The notes under the pieces are model-generated. The model worked only from the letters and a program-made list of their open reading frames with translations, did no database searches and was not told the DNA's origin. From a virus (Duplodnaviria; Heunggongvirae; Uroviricota; Caudoviricetes), in the IMG/VR virus record IMGVR_UViG_2671180275_000009, positions 1 through 40,622 of that record: DNA of 40,622 bases. One strand, 5' to 3'. Positions 9,348 through 17,838 of the stretch are shown one piece after another. The position numbers and the translations under genes are program-made. Each line of letters opens with the position of its first letter. Position 1 is the stretch's first letter.

Positions 9348-9899
9348 ATGATGAAATTACAACCCATGGGACGAAAAGGTCGGGCACCCGCTCATGTCCG
9401 CGCATGGACACCTGAAGAAGATGCGCTGCTGATTGCGCTTTATTCGTCCACCCCGGTTAAGGATATTGCTGTCAGAGTAAAAAGAAGTTACTGGGGAGTA
9501 TATAACCGGATTATTTTATTACGCGGTATTTACCCGCAGTTGCTCAAATGCAAACGTCCCAGATTTAAACCTGATGAAGATAAATTTATCCGAAAAAATG
9601 CCAGGACGATGACCGGTAAGCAAATAGGAGAATATCTGGGGCGAGACCGGGATTCTGTCCACAATCGGGCGCGATATATTGCCGTAAGCATGAAAAAATA
9701 CGGAGAATTGCTGCCTTTTACCCGCATACCTGACGATGATGTTCATCTTATTCGTAAATTACGGGATGCAGAGTCGCCACGACGTCTTACCTTCCGGGAA
9801 ATTGGCGAGAAATTTGAATTATCCGAGGGCACGGTGAGTTTTATTTATCACCGTCGCCGGACTGCCGAAGATGTTGTATTACGGGAGTTAATGCCATGA
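9348..9899 (+). CDS. Hypothetical DNA-binding protein with three HTH-like repeats
   Basis: Three internal segments of similar design (WTPEEDALLIALY..., FKPDEDKFIRKNA..., DDDVHLIRKLRD...LTFREIGEKFELSEGTVSFIYHRRR). Confidence 0.45.
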   Translation: MMKLQPMGRKGRAPAHVRAWTPEEDALLIALYSSTPVKDIAVRVKRSYWGVYNRIILLRGIYPQLLKCKRPRFKPDEDKFIRKNARTMTGKQIGEYLGRDRDSVHNRARYIAVSMKKYGELLPFTRIPDDDVHLIRKLRDAESPRRLTFREIGEKFELSEGTVSFIYHRRRTAEDVVLRELMP

Positions 9900-10228
9900 T
9901 AACGACATTATTTGTTGAATCAGATGAACCCCTTGTGTGTGCCGCCGGAATGCCGGTCTGTGGCGGAACGCTGACCGGTGTTTATTTCGGGGATTTGCGC
10001 GGTTATCCCTGGCATTCACTGGATGACGCATTTCCGCCTGATATGGAGGCTGTCGTGCTGATTGTTCAGTATGGTGACCAACAGGAACTGCGCATCGGCC
10101 ATATGGGGTATGAAGGCTTTTTTATTGATGAAGAAACCGGAGCCTGCCTTGAAGATGAGGACGGACAGGTGACGCACTGGTGCCATATTTCAGCTTTACC
10201 GGAATTACAGGAGACGCCCAATGGATGA
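9896..10228 (+). CDS. Hypothetical protein (DUF551-like C-terminus)
   Basis: 110-aa acidic ORF ending ...VTHWCHISALPEL. Confidence 0.45.
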   Translation: MITTLFVESDEPLVCAAGMPVCGGTLTGVYFGDLRGYPWHSLDDAFPPDMEAVVLIVQYGDQQELRIGHMGYEGFFIDEETGACLEDEDGQVTHWCHISALPELQETPNG

Positions 10229-10361
10229 TCAAATAGTTGAATGTCCCACCTGTGGAAATGAAGCCCCGGAGTATCTGAAAGAGTGCCCACATTGTGGTGA
10301 GGTAAAATGTAATCACTGCGATATGGGCGACGACACTGCATGTATGAATTGTGAGGATTAA
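10221..10361 (+). CDS. Small zinc-ribbon protein (46 aa), absent from the ORF track
   Basis: MDDQIVECPTCGNEAPEYLKECPHCGEVKCNHCDMGDDTACMNCED; four CxxC pairs; AGGAG RBS 7 nt upstream of ATG 10221. Confidence 0.45.
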   Translation: MDDQIVECPTCGNEAPEYLKECPHCGEVKCNHCDMGDDTACMNCED

Positions 10362-10365
10362 TAAT

Positions 10366-10653
10366 ATGGAAAAAGAAATCAAATTTGCGCCTAAAGATAT
10401 CGACGAAGAACTGGCTAAAATCGGCATGCTTGAGCGTATGCGGGACATTATCGAATATGCGATAAAAGAAAATCTTGCAGCCAGAGAAGCCCTTTTGATA
10501 ATGGAGCGGGAGATTAACCTGATTAAGGATGCTGTATCTCTGGATAATAAAATAGCCCGCGAGGAATACGTTCGCCGCAGGCTCGGTGTTGATGGTTCAG
10601 CAATTCTTACATCTGAACATTATGCAAAAATCTTTAATCTTTTTTCGCGGTAA
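10366..10653 (+). CDS. Hypothetical early protein
   Basis: ORF starting MEKEIKF with GAGGA RBS (track start 10351 is a GTG extension). Confidence 0.45.
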   Translation: MEKEIKFAPKDIDEELAKIGMLERMRDIIEYAIKENLAAREALLIMEREINLIKDAVSLDNKIAREEYVRRRLGVDGSAILTSEHYAKIFNLFSR

Positions 10654-10873
10654 TGCCCATGCAGGCCCGGAGATTGTCGAAATGCCAGTTTGTATTAATA
10701 TATGAGCCATCCTGGTGTCCCTCTGCGCTTTGGGGTGCGGCACTTTTTTGAGCAATATTGATAATATGTGTTGCCTCCTCACGGGAAATAACCCCCTTAT
10801 CGAACAGGGTTACCATAAGATTTCCAGCCATTGTGAATGCGGCAACATCAAGGGCATTTTTTATATCTGACAT
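10634..10873 (-). CDS. Hypothetical protein on the opposite strand within the early region
   Basis: 79-aa minus-strand ORF with AAGGA RBS 7 nt before its ATG; convergent with and overlapping the 3' end of the previous plus-strand ORF. Confidence 0.45.
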   Translation of the reverse strand: MSDIKNALDVAAFTMAGNLMVTLFDKGVISREEATHIINIAQKSAAPQSAEGHQDGSYINTNWHFDNLRACMGITAKKD

Positions 10874-10901
10874 AGATTTTTCCTTTTATGTTAATTGACA
10901 T

Positions 10902-10930
10902 GGCGGTGCGGTAACACCGCCCATTTTTTA
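10902..10930 (+). terminator. Rho-independent terminator candidate
   Basis: GGCGGTG / CACCGCC 7-bp stem with 6-nt loop followed by CATTTTTTA. Confidence 0.5.
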
Positions 10931-10943
10931 TGGAGCCACGATA

Positions 10944-11456
10944 ATGAATCGCGCTTCCCTGATTACCTTAATACATGTCGCAAAACGCGATCTACAGCTT
11001 GACCGGGAGACCTATATATCCGCGCTGCTGGCAGCCACCGGCAAAACCAGCTGCCGGGATATGTCACCGGATGAGTTGTCCCGCGTGCTGGATGTTTTCA
11101 AAAAACGCGGTTTTAAAGTGCGTCAGAACCCGGTTAACCGGGCCTTAAAACCGGGTACGGTGACCGCTAAAATTCGCGCCATCTGGAAGGTGATGCACCG
11201 GCAGGGCTTTATCTCTGATGGTGCGGAAACCGCCCTTAACCGCTGGGTGAAATCGCAGACGGCCGCGCAAAACGGCGGCGAAGGTGTGGCAAACTGGCAG
11301 TGGCTGGAGCAACACCCCGCCCTGGCCTCAGATGTGCTGGAGCGTCTCAAGCGATGGCACCGCCGCAAAATGCTGGCCGCGATGGGAATGCCCGAACGCA
11401 CGCTGATGGGGTATGACGCCGTTTGCAGGCAGTATGAAAAATCACTTCCCCGTTAA
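10944..11456 (+). CDS. gemA: GemA-like protein (Mu gp16 family)
   Basis: 170-aa ORF in the position of Mu gemA; conserved-looking basic, Trp-containing C-terminal region. Confidence 0.65.
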   Translation: MNRASLITLIHVAKRDLQLDRETYISALLAATGKTSCRDMSPDELSRVLDVFKKRGFKVRQNPVNRALKPGTVTAKIRAIWKVMHRQGFISDGAETALNRWVKSQTAAQNGGEGVANWQWLEQHPALASDVLERLKRWHRRKMLAAMGMPERTLMGYDAVCRQYEKSLPR

Positions 11457-11460
11457 CCCC

Positions 11461-11490
11461 AAATCCCGCCACAACGCGGGATTTTTATTT
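11461..11490 (+). terminator. Rho-independent terminator candidate after gemA
   Basis: AAATCCCGC / GCGGGATTT stem, 6-nt loop, followed by TTTTATTTT. Confidence 0.6.
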
Positions 11491-11525
11491 TAAACTTACC
11501 GGGAACGCGAGAACCGGAGGCTGAT

Positions 11526-11951
11526 ATGGCAGAAACTCAGATGAGCATGTTTGGTGGTGACAGTGAGCAACTGCACGCCCTTATCGACCGCCTTGATGAC
11601 ATCCCTGATGATGTTCTCAAAAAGAACTGGCCGCGGACCCTGTCAGAACTGGTTGAAGTCACCGGCGCAGAACTTCAGCGTCAGGGGATTGAGCCGGTAC
11701 TGGCCGGCAAACTGGCACGCAAGGTGGCTGCGGCTCAGGCAGCCTATATGGGCGGACGGGGTTATTACCTGCCGGTCGGGGAATCTCTCTTTGCCGAGCT
11801 GCGAAACAATGAGATATTTTCGCGCTGGGACCGGGGCGAGAAAATTGAATCCCTTCGCCGCCATTACCGGATGTCAGAAACCCAGATTTATACCGTCATA
11901 CGCGAACAGCGCCGTCTGCATCTGGCAAGAACGCAACCGCCACTTTTCTGA
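11526..11951 (+). CDS. Mor/C-family transcription activator
   Basis: 141-aa ORF between gemA and lys with C-terminal HTH-like segment (RRHYRMSETQIYTVIREQRR); cannot assign Mor versus C. Confidence 0.6.
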   Translation: MAETQMSMFGGDSEQLHALIDRLDDIPDDVLKKNWPRTLSELVEVTGAELQRQGIEPVLAGKLARKVAAAQAAYMGGRGYYLPVGESLFAELRNNEIFSRWDRGEKIESLRRHYRMSETQIYTVIREQRRLHLARTQPPLF

Positions 11952-12022
11952 TATTCCGCAAAGCCTGCCGCCTTTCCTTCACCGTTACGCTGACTCAGAG
12001 AACATCATGAGACAGCGTAACA

Positions 12023-12523
12023 ATGCCAAAACTCCCCGCACCACTGCGTAAAAAGCTGATTGCCCTTGTTCTGGCCGGTGCCGGGACGTTCACGATTGCC
12101 ACGCATTACACCGGTTACTGGGAAGGGAAAGAAAACTCCACGTATATCGATCCCACCGGTACACCCACCATCTGTTACGGCCATACCGGCCCGGATGTGA
12201 AACCGGGTATGACCCTGACGGATGAAGAATGCCTGGAACTGCTGGAAAAGGACATGAAATGGGCCTTTGCGGCCATTGATCGGCGTGTTCAGGTGCCGCT
12301 TACCCGTGGTCAGACGGTGGCGCTGGCTTCGTGGATCTTCTGGGCCGGTGAAACGAACTTCCGCAACTCCACGCTTCTGCGCCTGATCAATGCCGGGCAG
12401 ATGCCCGCGTCCTGTAAGCAGTATATCCGCTGGATTTATTCAAAGGGGGTGAAACTCCCCGGCCTTGAGGCCCGCCGTTCGGCGGATGAATGGTTATGTC
12501 GCTACGATTTGCCGAAAGTCTGA
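12023..12523 (+). CDS. lys: SAR endolysin (phage lysozyme)
   Basis: N-terminal weakly hydrophobic Gly/Ala-rich signal-anchor (LIALVLAGAGTFTIA) then lysozyme-like domain (..GYWEGKE..TICYGHTG..). Confidence 0.8.
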   Translation: MPKLPAPLRKKLIALVLAGAGTFTIATHYTGYWEGKENSTYIDPTGTPTICYGHTGPDVKPGMTLTDEECLELLEKDMKWAFAAIDRRVQVPLTRGQTVALASWIFWAGETNFRNSTLLRLINAGQMPASCKQYIRWIYSKGVKLPGLEARRSADEWLCRYDLPKV

Positions 12524-12635
12524 ACCGCTTCTGGCGACCGCTCATGATTGCGCTGCTGTGTGCCGTTGTGCTGCTGCGGGGTGTGCTGTGGCTGCGGTGA
12601 ATAATCCCTTACCGGCCCTGATTGCCGGAGGCTGT

Positions 12636-12986
12636 ATGGCGGCGCTGGGGGTGATGAGCGTGCTGGCTGCCGTGGTATGGGGAATGCACCAGAAGACGCA
12701 GCGCCTTGAGGACAATAATCATGTGCTTGTGCGCGAACGGGACGAAGCCCGTCTGGTGCTGGCAAACCAGCAACGCACCCTGCAACTCATTTCACAAATC
12801 AGTGAGGCGGCCACGAATGAAAAACAACAGAACATTCAGCACAGCGAGGGGCAGCAGAGCGTTGTCCGCCGGTCGCTGGCAGCAGTGCCTGCGGCCTCTG
12901 CCCCTGTTCCTGATGATGTGGCTGATCGGGTGCGCCGGGCCGTCTGTGAAATACGTGCCTGTGAAGCCGGTGCCGATCCCCGCTGA
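12636..12986 (+). CDS. i-spanin candidate (Rz-like)
   Basis: GGAGG RBS before ATG 12636; N-terminal TM segment (MAALGVMSVLAAVVWG) then coiled-coil-like region; alternative GTG start 12597; the long track start 12465 is probably an artefact. Confidence 0.5.
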   Translation: MAALGVMSVLAAVVWGMHQKTQRLEDNNHVLVRERDEARLVLANQQRTLQLISQISEAATNEKQQNIQHSEGQQSVVRRSLAAVPAASAPVPDDVADRVRRAVCEIRACEAGADPR

Positions 12987-13188
12987 ATGGCTGGCTGACT
13001 GCCTGGTGCCTCCTGCGCCGGAGCCGTTCACGTTTGGGGCATCGGTCACTTACAACCTGCAACTGCTGGCGGTGATCAAGAACTGCAACGTGGACAAGGC
13101 CAGTATTCGTCGTCTGGAGGCGCGGCGACAACATGAATTTACTGATATGGCCGGAACGCCTGCTGTTCCGGCAGGAAAGACGAAGTAA
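12817..13188 (+). CDS. o-spanin candidate (Rz1-like outer-membrane lipoprotein)
   Basis: Starts in a different frame inside the i-spanin gene; lipobox LIGC after a hydrophobic segment; Pro-rich mature part; GAGG RBS before ATG 12817. Confidence 0.6.
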   Translation: MKNNRTFSTARGSRALSAGRWQQCLRPLPLFLMMWLIGCAGPSVKYVPVKPVPIPAEWLADCLVPPAPEPFTFGASVTYNLQLLAVIKNCNVDKASIRRLEARRQHEFTDMAGTPAVPAGKTK

Positions 13189-13197
13189 GGAAAAGCT

Positions 13198-13425
13198 ATG
13201 GATGATTCAGATCGTGCTCAGGCTGTGATGGAGCGGGGATCAGAACGCGCCCTTTGTAACCGGCTGACACGTAAGTGCCGGGCAATGGATGCTCCGGGCA
13301 GACGTGTCTGCGCAGACTGTGGCGGAGAGATCCCCGCCGCACGTCTTGTTGCTGTGCCGGATGCCATCCGTTGTGTGAACTGCCAGAACATCATGGAGGC
13401 CCGTCATGTGGGTCAGCATCGTTAA
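13198..13425 (+). CDS. TraR/DksA-family C4 zinc-finger protein
   Basis: CADCGGEIPAARLVAVPDAIRCVNC gives CxxC-17-CxxC spacing typical of the zf-DksA/TraR family. Confidence 0.7.
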   Translation: MDDSDRAQAVMERGSERALCNRLTRKCRAMDAPGRRVCADCGGEIPAARLVAVPDAIRCVNCQNIMEARHVGQHR

Positions 13426-13714
13426 AGATTATGTTGTGCCGATCCTTTCGGCGACGGCAACCGCTGGCGGGATATTCATGGCGCTGATGCGCAAAACGTT
13501 TGTCCCCCGCGAGGCCTTTGAAAAACTCTCCGACCGCGTTGAGAAGGTGGAAACCCGCCTGTCGTCACTGCCGACAGAAGCCGAGGTCAACCGTCTGAAT
13601 GTGGAAATCGTGACCCTGCGGGGTGAACTGAAAACCACGAACGCCACGCTCCGCTCTGTCTCCTATCAGAACGAACTGCTGCTGGAGCAGGCTGTAAGGA
13701 AAAAAACGCAATGA
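13406..13714 (+). CDS. Small membrane protein with coiled-coil
   Basis: N-terminal hydrophobic segment (VPILSATATAGGIFMALM), GGAGG RBS. Confidence 0.5.
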   Translation: MWVSIVKDYVVPILSATATAGGIFMALMRKTFVPREAFEKLSDRVEKVETRLSSLPTEAEVNRLNVEIVTLRGELKTTNATLRSVSYQNELLLEQAVRKKTQ

Positions 13715-14001
13715 GTGATTTCATTACTGAAGATCAGCGTCTGGTCATTCTGCGGTCGCTGGCAGATTACAACGGTGAACTGGGTGAATCCGTGCTCCAG
13801 GACTGTCTGGATGATTACGGTCACCGCGTGTCCCGCGACACCGTTCACACCCACATTGCCTGGCTTACCGAACAGGGACTGGTGCGCAAACGCGTTCTGA
13901 TTAACGGTTATTTCATCGCAGAGCTGACCGGCCGGGGGCAGGATGTGGCGGAAGGCCGCGCCAGTGTTCCGGGTGTGAAGAAACCACGCGCAAGGGGGTA
14001 A
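13711..14001 (+). CDS. Hypothetical protein, possible winged-helix
   Basis: 96-aa ORF with start overlapping previous stop. Confidence 0.45.
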   Translation: MSDFITEDQRLVILRSLADYNGELGESVLQDCLDDYGHRVSRDTVHTHIAWLTEQGLVRKRVLINGYFIAELTGRGQDVAEGRASVPGVKKPRARG

Positions 14002-14003
14002 CG

Positions 14004-14585
14004 ATGGACAAGCCGACGCGTGGCCGCGTGCGCAAGGTGGATTTGCTCCCCGACAGCATCCGTAAGCCGCTGCTGGAAATGCTGCGTGAAAAACGTCTGA
14101 CGCAGGTCCAGATCCGCGAGGAAATCAACCGTCTGATCCGCGAGGCAGGCCTGCCGGAAGAGCAGCAGCTTTCACCGGCGGCCATCAGCCGAGAAGCCTC
14201 CCGTAATGAGCTGATTGCCCGTAACCTGCGTGATTTACGCGAGCAGACAAAAGCCATGATGGCCGAACTGGGGGACAAGCCGACCGGTGAAACCACTGCA
14301 CTGATTCTGGAAATGTCCCGCGCCCTGATGTACCGCCGCCTGCGTGCCGCGACCGAATCCCTGAACAGCGACAGCGACGTGGATATGCGCCTCATCAAAG
14401 ATATCCTCCTGTCAGCACAGCGTGCGGAAAGTGCCGCCGAGCGCAGCATTAAGCGTGAAAAAGAAATCCGGGCCGCATTTGCTGAAGAGATGGCAAACGC
14501 GGTCACCGACGAACTGCGCGGCGTGGACGGGATGAGTGAACAGCTTGAGTCCCGTATTAAGGGGATTCTGTTGGGTAAAGTCTGA
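14004..14585 (+). CDS. Terminase small subunit-like protein (Mu gp27 position)
   Basis: 193-aa helical/charged ORF immediately upstream of the large terminase. Confidence 0.55.
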   Translation: MDKPTRGRVRKVDLLPDSIRKPLLEMLREKRLTQVQIREEINRLIREAGLPEEQQLSPAAISREASRNELIARNLRDLREQTKAMMAELGDKPTGETTALILEMSRALMYRRLRAATESLNSDSDVDMRLIKDILLSAQRAESAAERSIKREKEIRAAFAEEMANAVTDELRGVDGMSEQLESRIKGILLGKV

Positions 14586-16249
14586 TGAATAACGCCGAAG
14601 AACTCTCCCCCTTACTGACGAATACCGTCTCCACCCGCAAAATTGATCTGGCCGGTGAAAAAGCCCTGCTGGGCGTGGATGTGCCGGACAGCCTTGATTT
14701 GCCCGGTGATATGCCGGTATTTCTGGATTATCAGGCCCGCTGGTTTGAGGATGAAAGCGAGGTCTGCATCGCGGAAAAATCCCGCCGTACCGGGCTTACC
14801 TGGGCGGAAGCCGGGCGTAACGTCATTACCGCTGCAAAACCGAAGCGGCGCGGTGGCCGCAATGTGTTTTATGTGGGGTCAAAGCAGGAGATGGCGCTGG
14901 AATATATTTCTGCCTGCGCCCTGTTCTCCCGTGCCTTTAACCAGCTGGCAGATGCTGATGTGTATGAGCAGACCTTCTGGGATCGGGATAAAAAAGAAGA
15001 AATTCTGACCTACATGATCCGCTTTCCGAACAGTGGATTCAAAATTCAGGCACTGTCTTCCCGTCCGTCAAACCTGCGCGGCCTTCAGGGGGATGTGGTG
15101 ATTGATGAAGCCGCGTTCCACGAGTCACTGGATGAGCTTCTCAAGGCGGCAATGGCGCTTACCATGTGGGGCGCGCGCGTGCGTATTATCTCCACGCATA
15201 ACGGCGTCGATAATCTGTTTAATCAGTACATTCAGGAAGCCCGCGAGGGACGCAAGGATTACAGCGTCCACCGCATAACCCTGGATGATGCCATTGCGGA
15301 CGGGCTGTACCGTCGTATCTGTTATGTCACCGGCCGCGAATGGTCACCGGAAAGCGAGCAGAAGTGGCGTGATGATCTCTACAAAAACGCCCCGACCCGT
15401 GAGGATGCCGACGAGGAATACGGCTGTATCCCGAAAAAATCCGGCGGTGCCTATATTCCTCACGCGCTTATTGAAATGGCGATGATCCGCGACATCCCGA
15501 TTCTGACGTTTGAAGCCCCGGACGACTTCATCAGCCGTGCTGCATGGCTGCGTGAATCGGAGGTTTTAACCTGGTGTGAAGAACATTTAAAACCGCTTTT
15601 AGAGAAATTAAATCCCCGTTCCCGCTTCAGCTTCGGGGAAGACTTTGCCCGCACCGGTGACCTGTCCTGCTTTGTGCTGCTGGAAATCACCGAATCCCTG
15701 GCAAAACGCGAGGTGTTTCGCGTGGAGCTGCGTAACCTGCCGTATGCCCAGCAGGAGCAGGTGATGATGTACATCCTGACCCGCGTTCCGGCACTGACTG
15801 GCGCGGCGTTCGATGCCACCGGTAACGGCGGCTATCTGGCCGAAGCCGCGCTGCTGGCCTTTGGTCCGGACATCATCGACTGCGTGATGTTATCGCCGAA
15901 GTGGTACGGCGAGTGGATGCCAAAACTGAAGGCCGAGTTTGAAGATCAGAATATCCTCGTCGCCCGTCATCAGACCACGCTTGATGATTTGCGCCATGTG
16001 AAGGTGGTGAACGGTATCCCGCAAATCGACAAGGGGCGTACGAAGGACCAGAACGCAACGGCTGTGAACGCCCGCCGCCATGGTGATTTTGCCGTGGCGC
16101 TCTGTATGGCAAACCGGGCGTCATACATGGAGGGCTTCATCCTGGATGAATCAGCCTGTCAGGCGCTGCCGGAGCGGTCGCGGGCCATGGAGGGCGGTTA
16201 TCGTGATGACGATGAGGCATATCATAAATTTGATCGGGGGTGCTGGTAG
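14585..16249 (+). CDS. Terminase large subunit
   Basis: 554-aa ORF in the Mu gp28 position with ATPase then nuclease-type layout. Confidence 0.75.
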   Translation: MNNAEELSPLLTNTVSTRKIDLAGEKALLGVDVPDSLDLPGDMPVFLDYQARWFEDESEVCIAEKSRRTGLTWAEAGRNVITAAKPKRRGGRNVFYVGSKQEMALEYISACALFSRAFNQLADADVYEQTFWDRDKKEEILTYMIRFPNSGFKIQALSSRPSNLRGLQGDVVIDEAAFHESLDELLKAAMALTMWGARVRIISTHNGVDNLFNQYIQEAREGRKDYSVHRITLDDAIADGLYRRICYVTGREWSPESEQKWRDDLYKNAPTREDADEEYGCIPKKSGGAYIPHALIEMAMIRDIPILTFEAPDDFISRAAWLRESEVLTWCEEHLKPLLEKLNPRSRFSFGEDFARTGDLSCFVLLEITESLAKREVFRVELRNLPYAQQEQVMMYILTRVPALTGAAFDATGNGGYLAEAALLAFGPDIIDCVMLSPKWYGEWMPKLKAEFEDQNILVARHQTTLDDLRHVKVVNGIPQIDKGRTKDQNATAVNARRHGDFAVALCMANRASYMEGFILDESACQALPERSRAMEGGYRDDDEAYHKFDRGCW

Positions 16250-17838
16250 TGGGACGCATAATTGATCTTGACGGAAAACCTTTCTCCTTTGACCCGGAGA
16301 TGCAGAGTGCCGTGCTGGATATTCCGCAGATTGCCAGCCGTTATATTGAACATCCGGCCTCGGGTATCACCCCGAACCGGGCGGCGCAGTGCCTTCGCGG
16401 GGCTGAACATGGCGATCTGATTGCCCAGTCCGATCTGGCGGCTGACATTGAAGAAAAGGACACCCACCTTTTTGCAGAGCTGGGCAAGCGACGTCTTGCC
16501 ATTCAGGGCGTGCCCTGGAGTATTGAGCCGCCACCGAACGCCAGCGCGAATGAGAAAAAGGACGCGGAAATGCTCGACGAATATCTGCATTCCGCCGACT
16601 GGTTTGATGCCATGCTGTTTGATGCTACCGATGCCATCCTGAAGGGCTATTCCTGTATGGAGATTGAGCACGGGATGCTCGGTAAAATGCACATCATCCG
16701 CGCCATCCGCTGGCGTGACAGCGGGCATTTCTGCCTTAACCCGGATGATTTGAGCGAACTGCGGCTGCGTGACGGCAGCCATGCCGGGGTGGCGTTTCAG
16801 CCCTTTGGCTGGATAGTGCATCAGTCACGTTCACGCACCGGTTACGGCGGCGCAACGGGGCTTGTCAGAACGCTTATCTGGCCGTTCATTTTCAAAAACT
16901 ATTCCGTGCGCGATCTGGCTGAATTTCTGGAAGTGTACGGCCTGCCGATGAAGGTCGGTAAATACCCGTCCGGGGCAACACCGGAGCAGAAAAGCGCCCT
17001 GATGCGGGCGGTGATGGATATCGGGCGACGTACAGGCGGGATCATCCCGGCCGGGATGTCGCTGGAGTTTCAGGCGGCAGCGAACGGTCAGGCCGATCCG
17101 TTTGAAACCATGATTTCGTGGGGGGAGCGTTCCATCTCCAAAGCTATCCTCGGCGGCACGCTGACCACGGAAGCCGGAGACAAAGGCGCGCGCTCGCTGG
17201 GTGAAGTGCATAACGAGGTGCGCCGGGAAATCAGGGATTCTGATTTACGTCAGCTGGCTGCCACGCTGAACCGCGATCTGGTGTATCCGCTGTACGCCCT
17301 GAACACCACGCACACTATTGATATCCGCCGTCTGCCACGTATCTGCTTCCAGACAAAAGAACCGGGGGATATCACCAAAATCACCAGTGCGGTGATGCAG
17401 CTCAGTACGGGGATGGATATTTCTGATCCCTGGATACGTGAGCAGACGGGTATTCCGCAGCCCACGCCCGGCGAAGCCATCTTCCGTGTCCGTCAGAGTG
17501 GCAATGAACCGGCTCAGACTGACAGGGAAATACCACCGGAAACACAGGAAAAGACAGAGCAGACGGCGCTGTCAGCCCGAGTGCCGGAAGCGAAAAGCAG
17601 CCCCCGTGATGAACTGGACGACATGGGGGATGCGGTGCCTGCCCGCCGGTTACAGGAGGCCATCGACCCGCTACTGGAGCCGGTCATTGATGCCATCAGA
17701 ACGCGGGGGCTGGCGGATGCGCTGGCAGACCTGCCCGCCCTTTACCGTGAAATGGATGATTCCCGCCTGATGACGCTGCTCAGTGATGCCATGTTTGCTG
17801 CGGAAATGAAGGGGATGCTGGATGGCACAGGGGATTGA
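16240..17838 (+). CDS. Portal protein (Mu gp29 family)
   Basis: 532-aa ORF following the terminase; GTG start. Confidence 0.7.
   Translation: MLVVGRIIDLDGKPFSFDPEMQSAVLDIPQIASRYIEHPASGITPNRAAQCLRGAEHGDLIAQSDLAADIEEKDTHLFAELGKRRLAIQGVPWSIEPPPNASANEKKDAEMLDEYLHSADWFDAMLFDATDAILKGYSCMEIEHGMLGKMHIIRAIRWRDSGHFCLNPDDLSELRLRDGSHAGVAFQPFGWIVHQSRSRTGYGGATGLVRTLIWPFIFKNYSVRDLAEFLEVYGLPMKVGKYPSGATPEQKSALMRAVMDIGRRTGGIIPAGMSLEFQAAANGQADPFETMISWGERSISKAILGGTLTTEAGDKGARSLGEVHNEVRREIRDSDLRQLAATLNRDLVYPLYALNTTHTIDIRRLPRICFQTKEPGDITKITSAVMQLSTGMDISDPWIREQTGIPQPTPGEAIFRVRQSGNEPAQTDREIPPETQEKTEQTALSARVPEAKSSPRDELDDMGDAVPARRLQEAIDPLLEPVIDAIRTRGLADALADLPALYREMDDSRLMTLLSDAMFAAEMKGMLDGTGD

Noticed and set aside
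12465-12635. Long N-terminal extension of the i-spanin candidate as given in the ORF track
   Set aside because: Overlaps the endolysin 3' end, has no RBS, and would put a Cys/Ala-rich non-membrane leader before the TM segment; ATG 12636 with GGAGG RBS is more plausible.
13913-14506. 197-aa minus-strand ORF, Arg/Ser-rich
   Set aside because: Antisense to the terminase small-subunit-like gene; low-complexity composition typical of a reverse-frame artefact.
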